Shown: one piece after another, positions 49,938 through 57,727 of the stretch
Layout: the number at the start of each line of letters is the position of its first letter
Numbering within the stretch: the first letter of the stretch is position 1
Assembly: GCA_015063885.1 (NCBI GenBank)
Contig: SVTH01000007.1
Location: 41,566 to 105,565 of the forward strand
Length of the DNA stretch: 64,000 nt
Reading direction: 5' to 3'
From: Oscillospiraceae bacterium
Lineage (GTDB): Bacteria > Bacillota > Clostridia > Oscillospirales > CAG-382
Notes under the pieces: generated by a model
Told to the model about the DNA's origin: nothing
Seen by the model: the letters and a program-made list of their open reading frames with translations, nothing else
Databases searched by the model: none
Made by a program: the position numbers and the translations under genes

Positions 49938-50034
49938 CTTAAGGGGTCTTTCTTATAAGAAAGGCCCCTTAAGAATCCCCAAAGAATTTTTGCTTTGGGG
50001 AACGAGAAAACGCCTCCTTGCCGGGAGACGTTTT
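49938..50034 (+). repeat. REP/MITE-like palindromic element, copy 5 (divergent second half)
   Basis: CTTAAGGGGTCTTTCTTATAAGAAAGGCCCCTTAAGAATCCCCAAAGAA... Marks the left edge of the AT-rich island. Confidence 0.7.
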
Positions 50035-50431
50035 TTATTTTCACTCCCGAAAACGGGCTCTTATCTATTTCGGGAGACCTATTGCAAAAAGATACAAAAC
50101 CGCCGTTTGCAAAGAAAATTAGCATTTGATTGTTTATCTTTTTGTCAATCTTCAAATACAAAACTGGCTAAAATTTTCTCTGCCCGTTTTTCAAAAACGA
50201 TTTGTATGCAAAAGTGCGCCGCAACAACACAATTGTGTAAGTTTGTTTGTATGCAAACGTCGAAAAATTATTATATACTTGAACTTTCGAAGGGGCGTAG
50301 CGAAACCGATACTTGTCAATAGCGTTAGCGATACAGAAATGTATTGTTAACGCTACTTTTTTGTGCCAGAATATTGAAATTCGATATTTTTGTGGTATAA
50401 TGTATTCGTAAAAAACTATTTGGAGGTATTT

Positions 50432-50857
50432 ATGAAATCTCGACTGGTTGAATACAAGGGTGCTCTTTCCCTTTTACTGCAAAACGGGAAGATATTACTT
50501 GTCAATATCGCAGAAGCGCGCGCCTATCTAATTGATTTTAACAATCCCGACTATTCAAACGTCCCCAACAAGTTGGGTCCCGAAGAGCTTGCGATGGAGT
50601 CCTATCCCGGAGATACGGTTGCCTACGTTTGCGACGAAGGCTTTTTGCACATTGTGCACGCAGAAAAGTATAAGGAACTTCTTTCGGATAAAGAGTGCAG
50701 ATATTTAACGGTTCCGGAATTTGCGGAACGCCACGGTAGACAAATTGCTATTGTTCGCCGCATGTGTCAAAACGGAAGAATTGAGGGAGCCATCCAAAAA
50801 GGCAAAACGTGGCTCATCCCTGCAACAAGTCCGTACCCGACAGATATAAAGTCTTAA
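50432..50857 (+). CDS. Small protein with a C-terminal excisionase/MerR-type HTH
   Basis: RYLTVPEFAERHGRQIAIVRRMCQNGRIEGAIQKGKTWLIP. GGAGG RBS. Promoter TTGAAA-N16-TGGTATAAT at 50374-50401. Confidence 0.7.
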   Translation: MKSRLVEYKGALSLLLQNGKILLVNIAEARAYLIDFNNPDYSNVPNKLGPEELAMESYPGDTVAYVCDEGFLHIVHAEKYKELLSDKECRYLTVPEFAERHGRQIAIVRRMCQNGRIEGAIQKGKTWLIPATSPYPTDIKS

Positions 50858-50881
50858 TATAAGTCTCAATGAGGTTTCAAC

Positions 50882-51457
50882 ATGGAAGAATGCTCACGTT
50901 TTAACCGCGCCATCGATTTTCATCCACTCTGTAATCCTCCCCTTAGAAAAGGAACTTGTTTTCCTACCTTATCATCCTTGAAACTTGAGCTTCGAAAACA
51001 GCGAAAGCATCTTTTGGGTTCTCACATTTCTTTACGTTCGTTCGTCTGCGATAACAATGGAGTAAACGAGGCTCTAATCGAGAAAATGTGCGACGTCCTC
51101 TCCGGATACACGCTTCTGTTTTGGATATACAGAAACAAAAACGCCGAGGAGTTTTGCCATCATTTTTACGACATAGTTATTCATTCCCTTACCTACGAAC
51201 ATTTGCGTGACGAATCTGTTGACGACATAATTGAGCTTGCCGGATGCCTATCTTTTTCTAAAGATGTTTTTGAAACCGTGATTAAGGAACTGATGCCCCC
51301 GGATAGAATCGGAGATTTGTTCTACTTCACGGAATCGTACGATGCAGCATTCTATACATCCGCCTTTGCTGATGCTGTGTTGGGCGCTGTATCTGTCTTT
51401 TTAGGAGCATTGAAGAATCCCATAGCGGAGAACTCTGGTAAGGAGGAGCACGTATGA
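50882..51457 (+). CDS. Hypothetical protein
   Basis: 191-aa ORF in an operon. Its stop overlaps the next start (ATGA). Confidence 0.6.
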   Translation: MEECSRFNRAIDFHPLCNPPLRKGTCFPTLSSLKLELRKQRKHLLGSHISLRSFVCDNNGVNEALIEKMCDVLSGYTLLFWIYRNKNAEEFCHHFYDIVIHSLTYEHLRDESVDDIIELAGCLSFSKDVFETVIKELMPPDRIGDLFYFTESYDAAFYTSAFADAVLGAVSVFLGALKNPIAENSGKEEHV

Positions 51458-52776
51458 GTTTGATTTACGACCAAGCCAGAGTTATCCTGCGTTCCGACGG
51501 AAGCGTACATATTGGTTTCCGAAGCAAGAGAACTATTTTCGCTACTGCGGAGAATATTCTTGCTTTGTTCGCCGACCCCAACGAGTTTGTCGAAACCGGA
51601 TATCTCTCATACGAAGATTCCACTTTCATTGCCAACCGCAAAGAATTTGAGTTGCGGGATATGTTGGGTTTAACCTTAGCAGCCGTTACCAACGACAAGC
51701 AAATCGTTTGTCATTTCCCCGAACTCTTCCGATATATCAATATTGCATGTTCCTCTGCTGAAACGAAAAATGCCCATTTGAATATGACGGATTTTGCATT
51801 TGAAGAGGTTTTGTCCGACGAGAAATCTTTCTTACTGAGGCACTACCTTGAACTTGCAGGAAGCGTGCGGGCTCCTTTGACCATCAAAAAGAATATTCAG
51901 CTGAGGGACGAGGTTCAGTTCGCAATCATTCGAGAAATTCTCAACGCCTTTTTTGACGAGGAGCTTCCCGAGCCCAAATCGTCAGATGACATTTCGAAAC
52001 GTATTGAAAACATACAGCAGGCATCTCTTTTGAAAAAGGAAATGGTTCCCGACGAAGAGTATGTAACCGTTCTTCAGTATGCGCAAATACATAATTTATC
52101 TGAGAATGCCGTACGAAGCCATTTGAAAGCCGGACATATAGCCGGTGCTAAACGAAACGAACGGGGACGTTGGTTGATTCCAAGGAACGTACAACCGGAA
52201 TCTCCCAATATGCTTATCGGCAGAACAAGGAAACAAAAAAACGAAGAAAAGGCTTATAGACGTCCGGCAAACGGCAGTGCCGCAGATGTGGAGGCGCACA
52301 TTATCAAGCAACGGCTGTTCACACACGCGATTGCTCCGTTTATACATACTTTCCAGGAGCTGGATTACTATACCAAACGAAGCTATCACGAGGTTAGGTG
52401 GAACGGACGCCCTTGCTTAATTATCGATGTCAATCCGGATTATCGGTGTACCATCGATAACAAAACCAATCGGGAGCGAATGATGGCAGGAGAAGCGCCC
52501 AGAGTGCCTCAAAAAAACAAAGAGGACCGCAGCTTTGACCTCCATCACGTAGGCAGAAACGCCGCTTCTCCCTTCGCTTGTATTCCGGATTACGACCACA
52601 ACGGCTCCGGTTTTTCCTCTATTTTTCATCAGGGGTCTCACGATAAAAATTTGCATGATACCGTCTTTGCCGGTGACCGCAAGCAATTTTGGCAGACCTA
52701 TATCGAAGAGTACGATAAGGCCGGAAGGTTTGAAAAAATTCCGTATTTGAATCCTCGCGCTAAAAGAAAGAAATAG
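51454..52776 (+). CDS. Multidomain protein: unknown N-terminal region, central excisionase-type HTH, C-terminal LHH-type HNH/EndoVII nuclease-like domain
   Basis: HTH: YVTVLQYAQIHNLSENAVRSHLKAGHIAGAKRNERGRWLIP. Nuclease-like: SFDLHHVGRN...IPDYDHNG..FH. Confidence 0.65.
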   Translation: MSLIYDQARVILRSDGSVHIGFRSKRTIFATAENILALFADPNEFVETGYLSYEDSTFIANRKEFELRDMLGLTLAAVTNDKQIVCHFPELFRYINIACSSAETKNAHLNMTDFAFEEVLSDEKSFLLRHYLELAGSVRAPLTIKKNIQLRDEVQFAIIREILNAFFDEELPEPKSSDDISKRIENIQQASLLKKEMVPDEEYVTVLQYAQIHNLSENAVRSHLKAGHIAGAKRNERGRWLIPRNVQPESPNMLIGRTRKQKNEEKAYRRPANGSAADVEAHIIKQRLFTHAIAPFIHTFQELDYYTKRSYHEVRWNGRPCLIIDVNPDYRCTIDNKTNRERMMAGEAPRVPQKNKEDRSFDLHHVGRNAASPFACIPDYDHNGSGFSSIFHQGSHDKNLHDTVFAGDRKQFWQTYIEEYDKAGRFEKIPYLNPRAKRKK

Positions 52777-52781
52777 TTTCT

Positions 52782-54752
52782 ATGGGACGAAAAAAGAAAG
52801 AAACGTTCACAACAGAACTGGAAGCTCGGAAACAAGACCTAATGAGACGATTTGCCGACGAATCACCCTTGATAAGGGATAGCCTGGTTAAGGATTTGCC
52901 GGCTTTTAACGCAGTGTTAAATATCCACGCCGAATCGTTCGAAGAAATCGCTTTGCGGTATCTGGCTAAGCGGCTAGACATTGCTTACAATCCGCAGAAA
53001 CCGCCCACTCCCCCTTGTCCGTTTTGTCACCAAACTGATACGGTAGGTAGAAAAACAGGGTTCATGTTCCGTTGCAAGCATTGCGAGAAAACCTTTTCTG
53101 CTACCCATGAAAGTATCGCTTCTGGAACAAAATGCGATGCGTTAACCTGGATGAAGATTTTGCAGAGCCTTTTAAATAATGTCAGTATCACCCAAACCTG
53201 CGAATACTGCGGAATATCGGAAAACACTTATTACAACATTCGGAACAGATTGTTTTACGCAATGTCTATTTTGCTAAAGGAATTGAGGCTGTACGGGAAC
53301 ATCGAAGTAGATAACACCTTTGTCCGAGTCAGTTACAAGGGAGTCAATTTGCAAGAAAGCGAATTTCCGGAGGACAGCATCTTTTTTGACGATACTTTTA
53401 AGCCGCGAGCTGCTAGGGACCGAGGCAGCGCGGTGCCATCGAGCGTAAAAAATGCTAATCACATCTGCATTTTCACCGGTATCGATGACCGGGGGCACGT
53501 TTTGGCTCGGTTTGTGGGCGTGGGAAACATCAGCTATCTTTCGTTGAAGCATTACATCCCGTCAGAGCTCTTCCTTTCTCAGGTGCCTCAAACAGACCCG
53601 TTTGCACTGGCTAAAAAGCAACGCAAGGATAAAAAAGAGCCCGAGACAAAGCCGTTGCAAAAGTCCAGGATAATTGCGGACAAAGAGGGGGCTATCCAGC
53701 GTTACGCCCAAACGCTCGACGTTGAATTCGAGTCTCACGTATATCGAAAGGACGGCATCCAGCGCCGATTGTCCAAGGATGCTTTGGGCATCCAACACGT
53801 TAACGCCCTGCATCGCCGTTTGAAAACCTTTCTTCGGATGCATGGATACATGTCTTCTAAATACCTTCCTGGTTTTTTAACGCTGTTTGAGTTTGTAGAA
53901 AACACGCGAGCCTCTCAGGAAGCAATCGCCGAATTGTTTCGGATTATTGCCTGCCCCGGCTTAGGAAAACCGCCTTCATTTTTCAAAAACATGTTTACGG
54001 TTCCCAACTACCTCGTGGAGTGGTTGCATAGCGAGCATCCTCTGAAGAAACTACCGCACAACAAAATGCTTGCGTTTTACATGATGGATATCATGAAGCA
54101 TCCGGACCTGTATCCGGATGAAAAGGTTACCATGGCGCAAATCGAGGAGGAAACCCAATATACGGCTCCAACAATTCGCAAAATATATCGAGAGCTCAAT
54201 GACGCCGGATACCGAGACTTGATTATTCAGTACTTCTCTCCTTCGAAGAAAAAGAAGGAGACGGAGAAACAAGGAAAGAAAAAGGCGCCTGCGCCGACCA
54301 CTATCAATCCAACGGTCCTTGCTATTTACGATGCGTATGCCGAGGTATGTAAAATCCCCCAGTGGAAACGGCCAACCTTCGAGCAATTCTTGGCAGAGAA
54401 AAACAAGGAGCTTAACACCAATTACAAACGAACCAACATGATGGCGAAATTCAAGTACATACAAAACAGCGGGTTGAGGCAGCCATTCGAAAAGCGTAAC
54501 AAGGAAGAGCCACGCGACTTAGCGTTTGAATTGCTTCGCGCTTATGAGGAACTGAGAGCGAGTTATCAGGAAAAAGGCGAACCATTGCCTCGTGTGGAGA
54601 GCATGACTGCCACTATTGGGGAGCGATATAATGTGTCTGCTCATACTGTTAAAGCTCAGGTTTCAACCGCCAGAGCTTATTTAAGCCGGCAAAGAGAACT
54701 TGATGCGCAATCCGAGACTACAGCGACGGTTGAGGCAGAGAACAAAAATTAA
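52782..54752 (+). CDS. IS1595-family (ISXO2-like) DDE transposase homolog with an N-terminal zinc ribbon and a ~250-aa C-terminal extension; operon-embedded
   Basis: CPFC..(N15)..CKHCEKTFSA zinc ribbon. IEVDNTF (D), IIADKEG (D), HVNALHRRLKTFLR (N..K), matching the DDNK arrangement of IS1595. No terminal inverted repeats seen. Confidence 0.65.
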   Translation: MGRKKKETFTTELEARKQDLMRRFADESPLIRDSLVKDLPAFNAVLNIHAESFEEIALRYLAKRLDIAYNPQKPPTPPCPFCHQTDTVGRKTGFMFRCKHCEKTFSATHESIASGTKCDALTWMKILQSLLNNVSITQTCEYCGISENTYYNIRNRLFYAMSILLKELRLYGNIEVDNTFVRVSYKGVNLQESEFPEDSIFFDDTFKPRAARDRGSAVPSSVKNANHICIFTGIDDRGHVLARFVGVGNISYLSLKHYIPSELFLSQVPQTDPFALAKKQRKDKKEPETKPLQKSRIIADKEGAIQRYAQTLDVEFESHVYRKDGIQRRLSKDALGIQHVNALHRRLKTFLRMHGYMSSKYLPGFLTLFEFVENTRASQEAIAELFRIIACPGLGKPPSFFKNMFTVPNYLVEWLHSEHPLKKLPHNKMLAFYMMDIMKHPDLYPDEKVTMAQIEEETQYTAPTIRKIYRELNDAGYRDLIIQYFSPSKKKKETEKQGKKKAPAPTTINPTVLAIYDAYAEVCKIPQWKRPTFEQFLAEKNKELNTNYKRTNMMAKFKYIQNSGLRQPFEKRNKEEPRDLAFELLRAYEELRASYQEKGEPLPRVESMTATIGERYNVSAHTVKAQVSTARAYLSRQRELDAQSETTATVEAENKN

Positions 54753-54804
54753 CCTCTCTGCCAAGAGGTTAAATTATAGATTTCGTGTTTTTTCGTTTTC
54801 CCTC

Positions 54805-54833
54805 TTGATTTTTACTGCGTTGCGTGGTAAAAT
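54805..54833 (+). promoter_or_regulatory. Promoter TTGATT-N17-(TG)GTAAAAT
   Basis: Read directly. Lies downstream of the hairpin TTAACCTCT..AGAGGTTAA that follows the DDE gene. Confidence 0.65.
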
Positions 54834-54839
54834 ACAGTC

Positions 54840-55053
54840 ACTGCAAGCGAACGGCTTGTAAATATACGCCAGACGTTGGCCAGGGTAAGACGCTATCAAT
54901 CGGCTCCCTTGAATGGGGCGTAGCTTACATGTGAGCCAACCTACTGAAATAGTAACAGCGCTGATTTAGGATTGAGTTTACAACTCTGAGTATTTGGCTG
55001 TGCGCTCGGAAACATAGATGCCATGAAACGTCTTATACGGTTGACGTTTTTTT
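54840..55053 (+). ncRNA. Candidate ~215-nt structured non-coding RNA (unknown class)
   Basis: Bounded by the promoter above and the terminator AAACGTC-N10-GACGTTT+T7. Has several internal hairpins and no credible ORF or RBS. Confidence 0.5.
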
Positions 55054-55095
55054 GGTGTGCTTGTTTCCAATCTCAAAAACATATTTATGGTTTCA

Positions 55096-55127
55096 AGCCC
55101 GATGGCATCTATGCTGTCGGGCTTTTT
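55096..55127 (+). terminator. Second terminator hairpin; its loop is complementary to 55013-55024
   Basis: AGCCCGA-N14-TCGGGCT+T5. ATGGCATCTATG (55102-55113) is the exact reverse complement of CATAGATGCCAT (55013-55024). Confidence 0.65.
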
Positions 55128-55213
55128 GTCGTTCGTATGCAGGGAAAGGAGGCACGATGCATCGCAGCGCAAATATGTATGCGCCCCACAAAAAGGATGA
55201 GGAATAAGGAAGC

Positions 55214-55771
55214 ATGAGCATTATAAGCAAAATCAAAGCCTTCTTTTCCGTAGGCGGAAACCAATTCTCATTGGACCTCAAATCTGCGGAAGTAAGGCAA
55301 GACAGGACGTTTTTACATCCTGCCGACAACGACAACGTGACTTACGTGGTAAAGGCAAGCAACGTACAGCTTCTTCTGAACGACGGAGAAGACATAGCAC
55401 CGGAGGATTTTATGGTGGTGGAAGGAGCCGTTGACCCGGCTACGAAGCCTAAGATTTTGCCTCCTACGACCCCGAAACCCCGTGGGCCCCAAACGCCGGA
55501 TTGTTTGCGGACACCGCGAGACCCCGAAGATACTCCGCCGCACCTTACCAAACGGAAAATCACCTTTACTGTCTATGAAGACGAGTTTTCTCTCATAAAC
55601 AGGTTGGTTAAGGAATCCGGATACAAACGCTCAATATTTTTCGTGGCTTGTATCCAGAACTCGCAGAAGAAGTCTGTGGCAGGTAGCTTATCCGTAGAAT
55701 GCAACCGCGTGCAAAAATCTTTAGAAAGGAGAGAGCAGGAGCAAAAAGAACGATTGCTGACTGACCGATAA
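55214..55771 (+). CDS. Protein with a Pro-rich linker and a C-terminal ribbon-helix-helix (MobC-like) domain
   Basis: KRKITFTVYEDEFSLINRLVKESGYKRSIFFVACI resembles RHH/MobC-type domains. AAGGAAG RBS. Confidence 0.6.
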   Translation: MSIISKIKAFFSVGGNQFSLDLKSAEVRQDRTFLHPADNDNVTYVVKASNVQLLLNDGEDIAPEDFMVVEGAVDPATKPKILPPTTPKPRGPQTPDCLRTPRDPEDTPPHLTKRKITFTVYEDEFSLINRLVKESGYKRSIFFVACIQNSQKKSVAGSLSVECNRVQKSLERREQEQKERLLTDR

Positions 55772-55842
55772 TACGTTATTTGTCAGGGACGCAATCACTC
55801 ATTCGTACATTTATATCTTATTTACTACAAAGAGGTGCAAAA

Positions 55843-57441
55843 ATGAAGAGAATTCGTTACCATTCCGCAACGGAGCTTTTGGAAAAGGCGCGCCAAAAGA
55901 TGGTTCCGTTGCCGAACCAATGGGCGGCACAGAAGAGGATTGCGTCCCTAATTGCCATGCACTTGAGCAAGCTGCAAGCCCTTGATAAAGGCGCAGACCC
56001 GGGGGAGCTGGTCAGCTGCTCGGCGTTCTTGGTTGGTCCCACCGGCAACGGGAAGACCTACATCATCAAATGTCTGGCAGAGGCCTGCGGTCTGCATTTC
56101 GCTGCCATTGACTGCACGTCCATCACCCAGGCAGGTGTCCGTGGGAAAAATCTGGGAGACAATCTGGCCGCCATCAAAAGCGAGAACCCTGCCTTTTTCG
56201 AGGGTGGAATTCTTCTCTTGGATGAAGCAGACAAGGCGTTCTACAAAGGCGACCCGCACTACGATGCCTACTCGCCGATGCAGGAATTTTTGAAGCTGAT
56301 GGAGGGCGGGGAGTACTCCTTCCGGTCGGATGGCATAAGTGGAACCGTCAATCTGGATAAGACCCTCATCCTATTGGCGGGCGCTTGCGCCAACATCGTA
56401 CATATTCTAAAAAGGCGGTACAATCCGCGCCCCGTCATTGGCTTTTCGTCGCAAAGCCCCGGGTCTGAGATTGACATTGAGAACTACGGCCCGTACGTCA
56501 CCCTTGATGACCTGATTGCTTACGGCATGATGCCCGAGCTTGCCTCTCGTATCAACACAGTCATTGCGATTCCCAAAATTGACGAGGCAGGGTATCAGCG
56601 GTTACTTATCGACACCGCTAAGACATCTGCGTTGAATCGTTTTCGCAATCAGTTCGCCATGCGGGGTGTCGCACTGGATATCGCTCCCGAGGCGGTTCAA
56701 AGGATTGCCGAACTGTGTGTTGAGAGAAACGTGGGGGCTCGCTCTATCAACGCCATTCTCTTCGAGAAGCTTTCTGAGGCTTACAGCGCCGTAGACGATA
56801 CCCCAACCCACGGCAGAGTCATTCTTCAAACAGACGAACTTGGAGAACTCCAAACAGTGTATCAGGAGGGGGAGCGTCTTTCCTTCCCGATGTTCACGGA
56901 ACGAGCCTGCTTTGATGGGGATTTCTCCATCAAGGACAAACTCCGGGATGAAGACTCCATCAATCGACTTTGCGATGATATATGCGCAAAGGCGTCCTTG
57001 GAAGACGTGTCTGCCGAGCCATTACTCTATTACTTCCTGCAAACAGCGTGTCGCTACATGGCGGAGGAGGTTCGCCCGGAGGACAGGAGCATGGTCAACC
57101 TATGCAGGCTCGCTGGCGCCACGGAGAAACCGGATAGTTCTAAAGCCGGTAAGTCTCCCTTTGACATCGTCTGCGAGGACTACCTTTTGAAAATCATCTC
57201 CAAGGCGGAGGACAGTTTGAAGCACCAAGAGGAGGAAGCTCCTCTGTCGCGTGTATCGAAAAACCGGATGTGGGCGACCTCCAAAGACCATTTCAAGTAC
57301 GCCATTTTTAATCATTATTACTCGGCGTTCTGCCGGACGGAGAGACAGCACGCAGACGTACCAAAGGTGTTGGCGGAAGCCATCGATACTGCAAGGAAAC
57401 ATTACATATCCAATAAAAAAGAAAAGAGCAGCACTATATAA
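55843..57441 (+). CDS. ClpX/HslU-like AAA+ ATPase lacking the zinc-binding domain, with a ~180-aa C-terminal extension
   Basis: Walker A GPTGNGKT, Walker B ILLLDEADK. PELASRIN...IPKIDEAGYQRLL and VGARSINAIL align with ClpX sensor and arginine regions. Confidence 0.75.
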   Translation: MKRIRYHSATELLEKARQKMVPLPNQWAAQKRIASLIAMHLSKLQALDKGADPGELVSCSAFLVGPTGNGKTYIIKCLAEACGLHFAAIDCTSITQAGVRGKNLGDNLAAIKSENPAFFEGGILLLDEADKAFYKGDPHYDAYSPMQEFLKLMEGGEYSFRSDGISGTVNLDKTLILLAGACANIVHILKRRYNPRPVIGFSSQSPGSEIDIENYGPYVTLDDLIAYGMMPELASRINTVIAIPKIDEAGYQRLLIDTAKTSALNRFRNQFAMRGVALDIAPEAVQRIAELCVERNVGARSINAILFEKLSEAYSAVDDTPTHGRVILQTDELGELQTVYQEGERLSFPMFTERACFDGDFSIKDKLRDEDSINRLCDDICAKASLEDVSAEPLLYYFLQTACRYMAEEVRPEDRSMVNLCRLAGATEKPDSSKAGKSPFDIVCEDYLLKIISKAEDSLKHQEEEAPLSRVSKNRMWATSKDHFKYAIFNHYYSAFCRTERQHADVPKVLAEAIDTARKHYISNKKEKSSTI

Positions 57442-57517
57442 TGCTACAAAACTTAGGAGGAGAAGCACACATCAGCCATCAATTTCCCCAAACAACCAAA
57501 CTTAAGCACGACAACGA

Positions 57518-57702
57518 TTGAAAAAATATGACGTTAGTTGTATACTGCGTACGCTACACAATTCTAATCTACAGTTGTCGGGAACCACTTTGGTAAAAGG
57601 TGCGTTCTCTTTTCGTCATACCCGGCAACTGGTACGAATTGTGTAGCAACAATGAGGAGAGCACTTTTTCGGTGTGCTCCCTCGTTGGAGCACACTTTTT
57701 TT
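57518..57702 (+). promoter_or_regulatory. Promoter plus riboswitch-like structured leader with alternative antiterminator/terminator
   Basis: TTGAAA-N17-TATACT. Nested helices GCTACACAATTC/GAATTGTGTAGC and AGTTGTCGGG/CCCGGCAACT. GAGCAC..GTGCTC overlaps the terminator GTGTGCTCC..GGAGCACAC+T7. Confidence 0.55.
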
Positions 57703-57727
57703 ATTCTCAAGAAAGGGACACCTAAGT

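Noticed and set aside
50142-50174. Promoter call for the left-edge untranslated segment
   Set aside because: The TTGTCA and TAAAAT hexamers are about 21 nt apart, and the TG is not correctly spaced for an extended -10. I therefore did not list it as a promoter feature.
52782-54752. Annotating the IS1595-like gene as an ordinary insertion sequence
   Set aside because: It is translationally packed into a four-gene operon and is about twice the usual IS1595 transposase length. I could not find terminal inverted repeats or target duplications around it by eye. It is reported as a CDS and a finding instead.
55023-55217. 64-aa ORF between the ncRNA candidate and the RHH gene
   Set aside because: It spans two intrinsic terminators, has no RBS, and its translation looks random.
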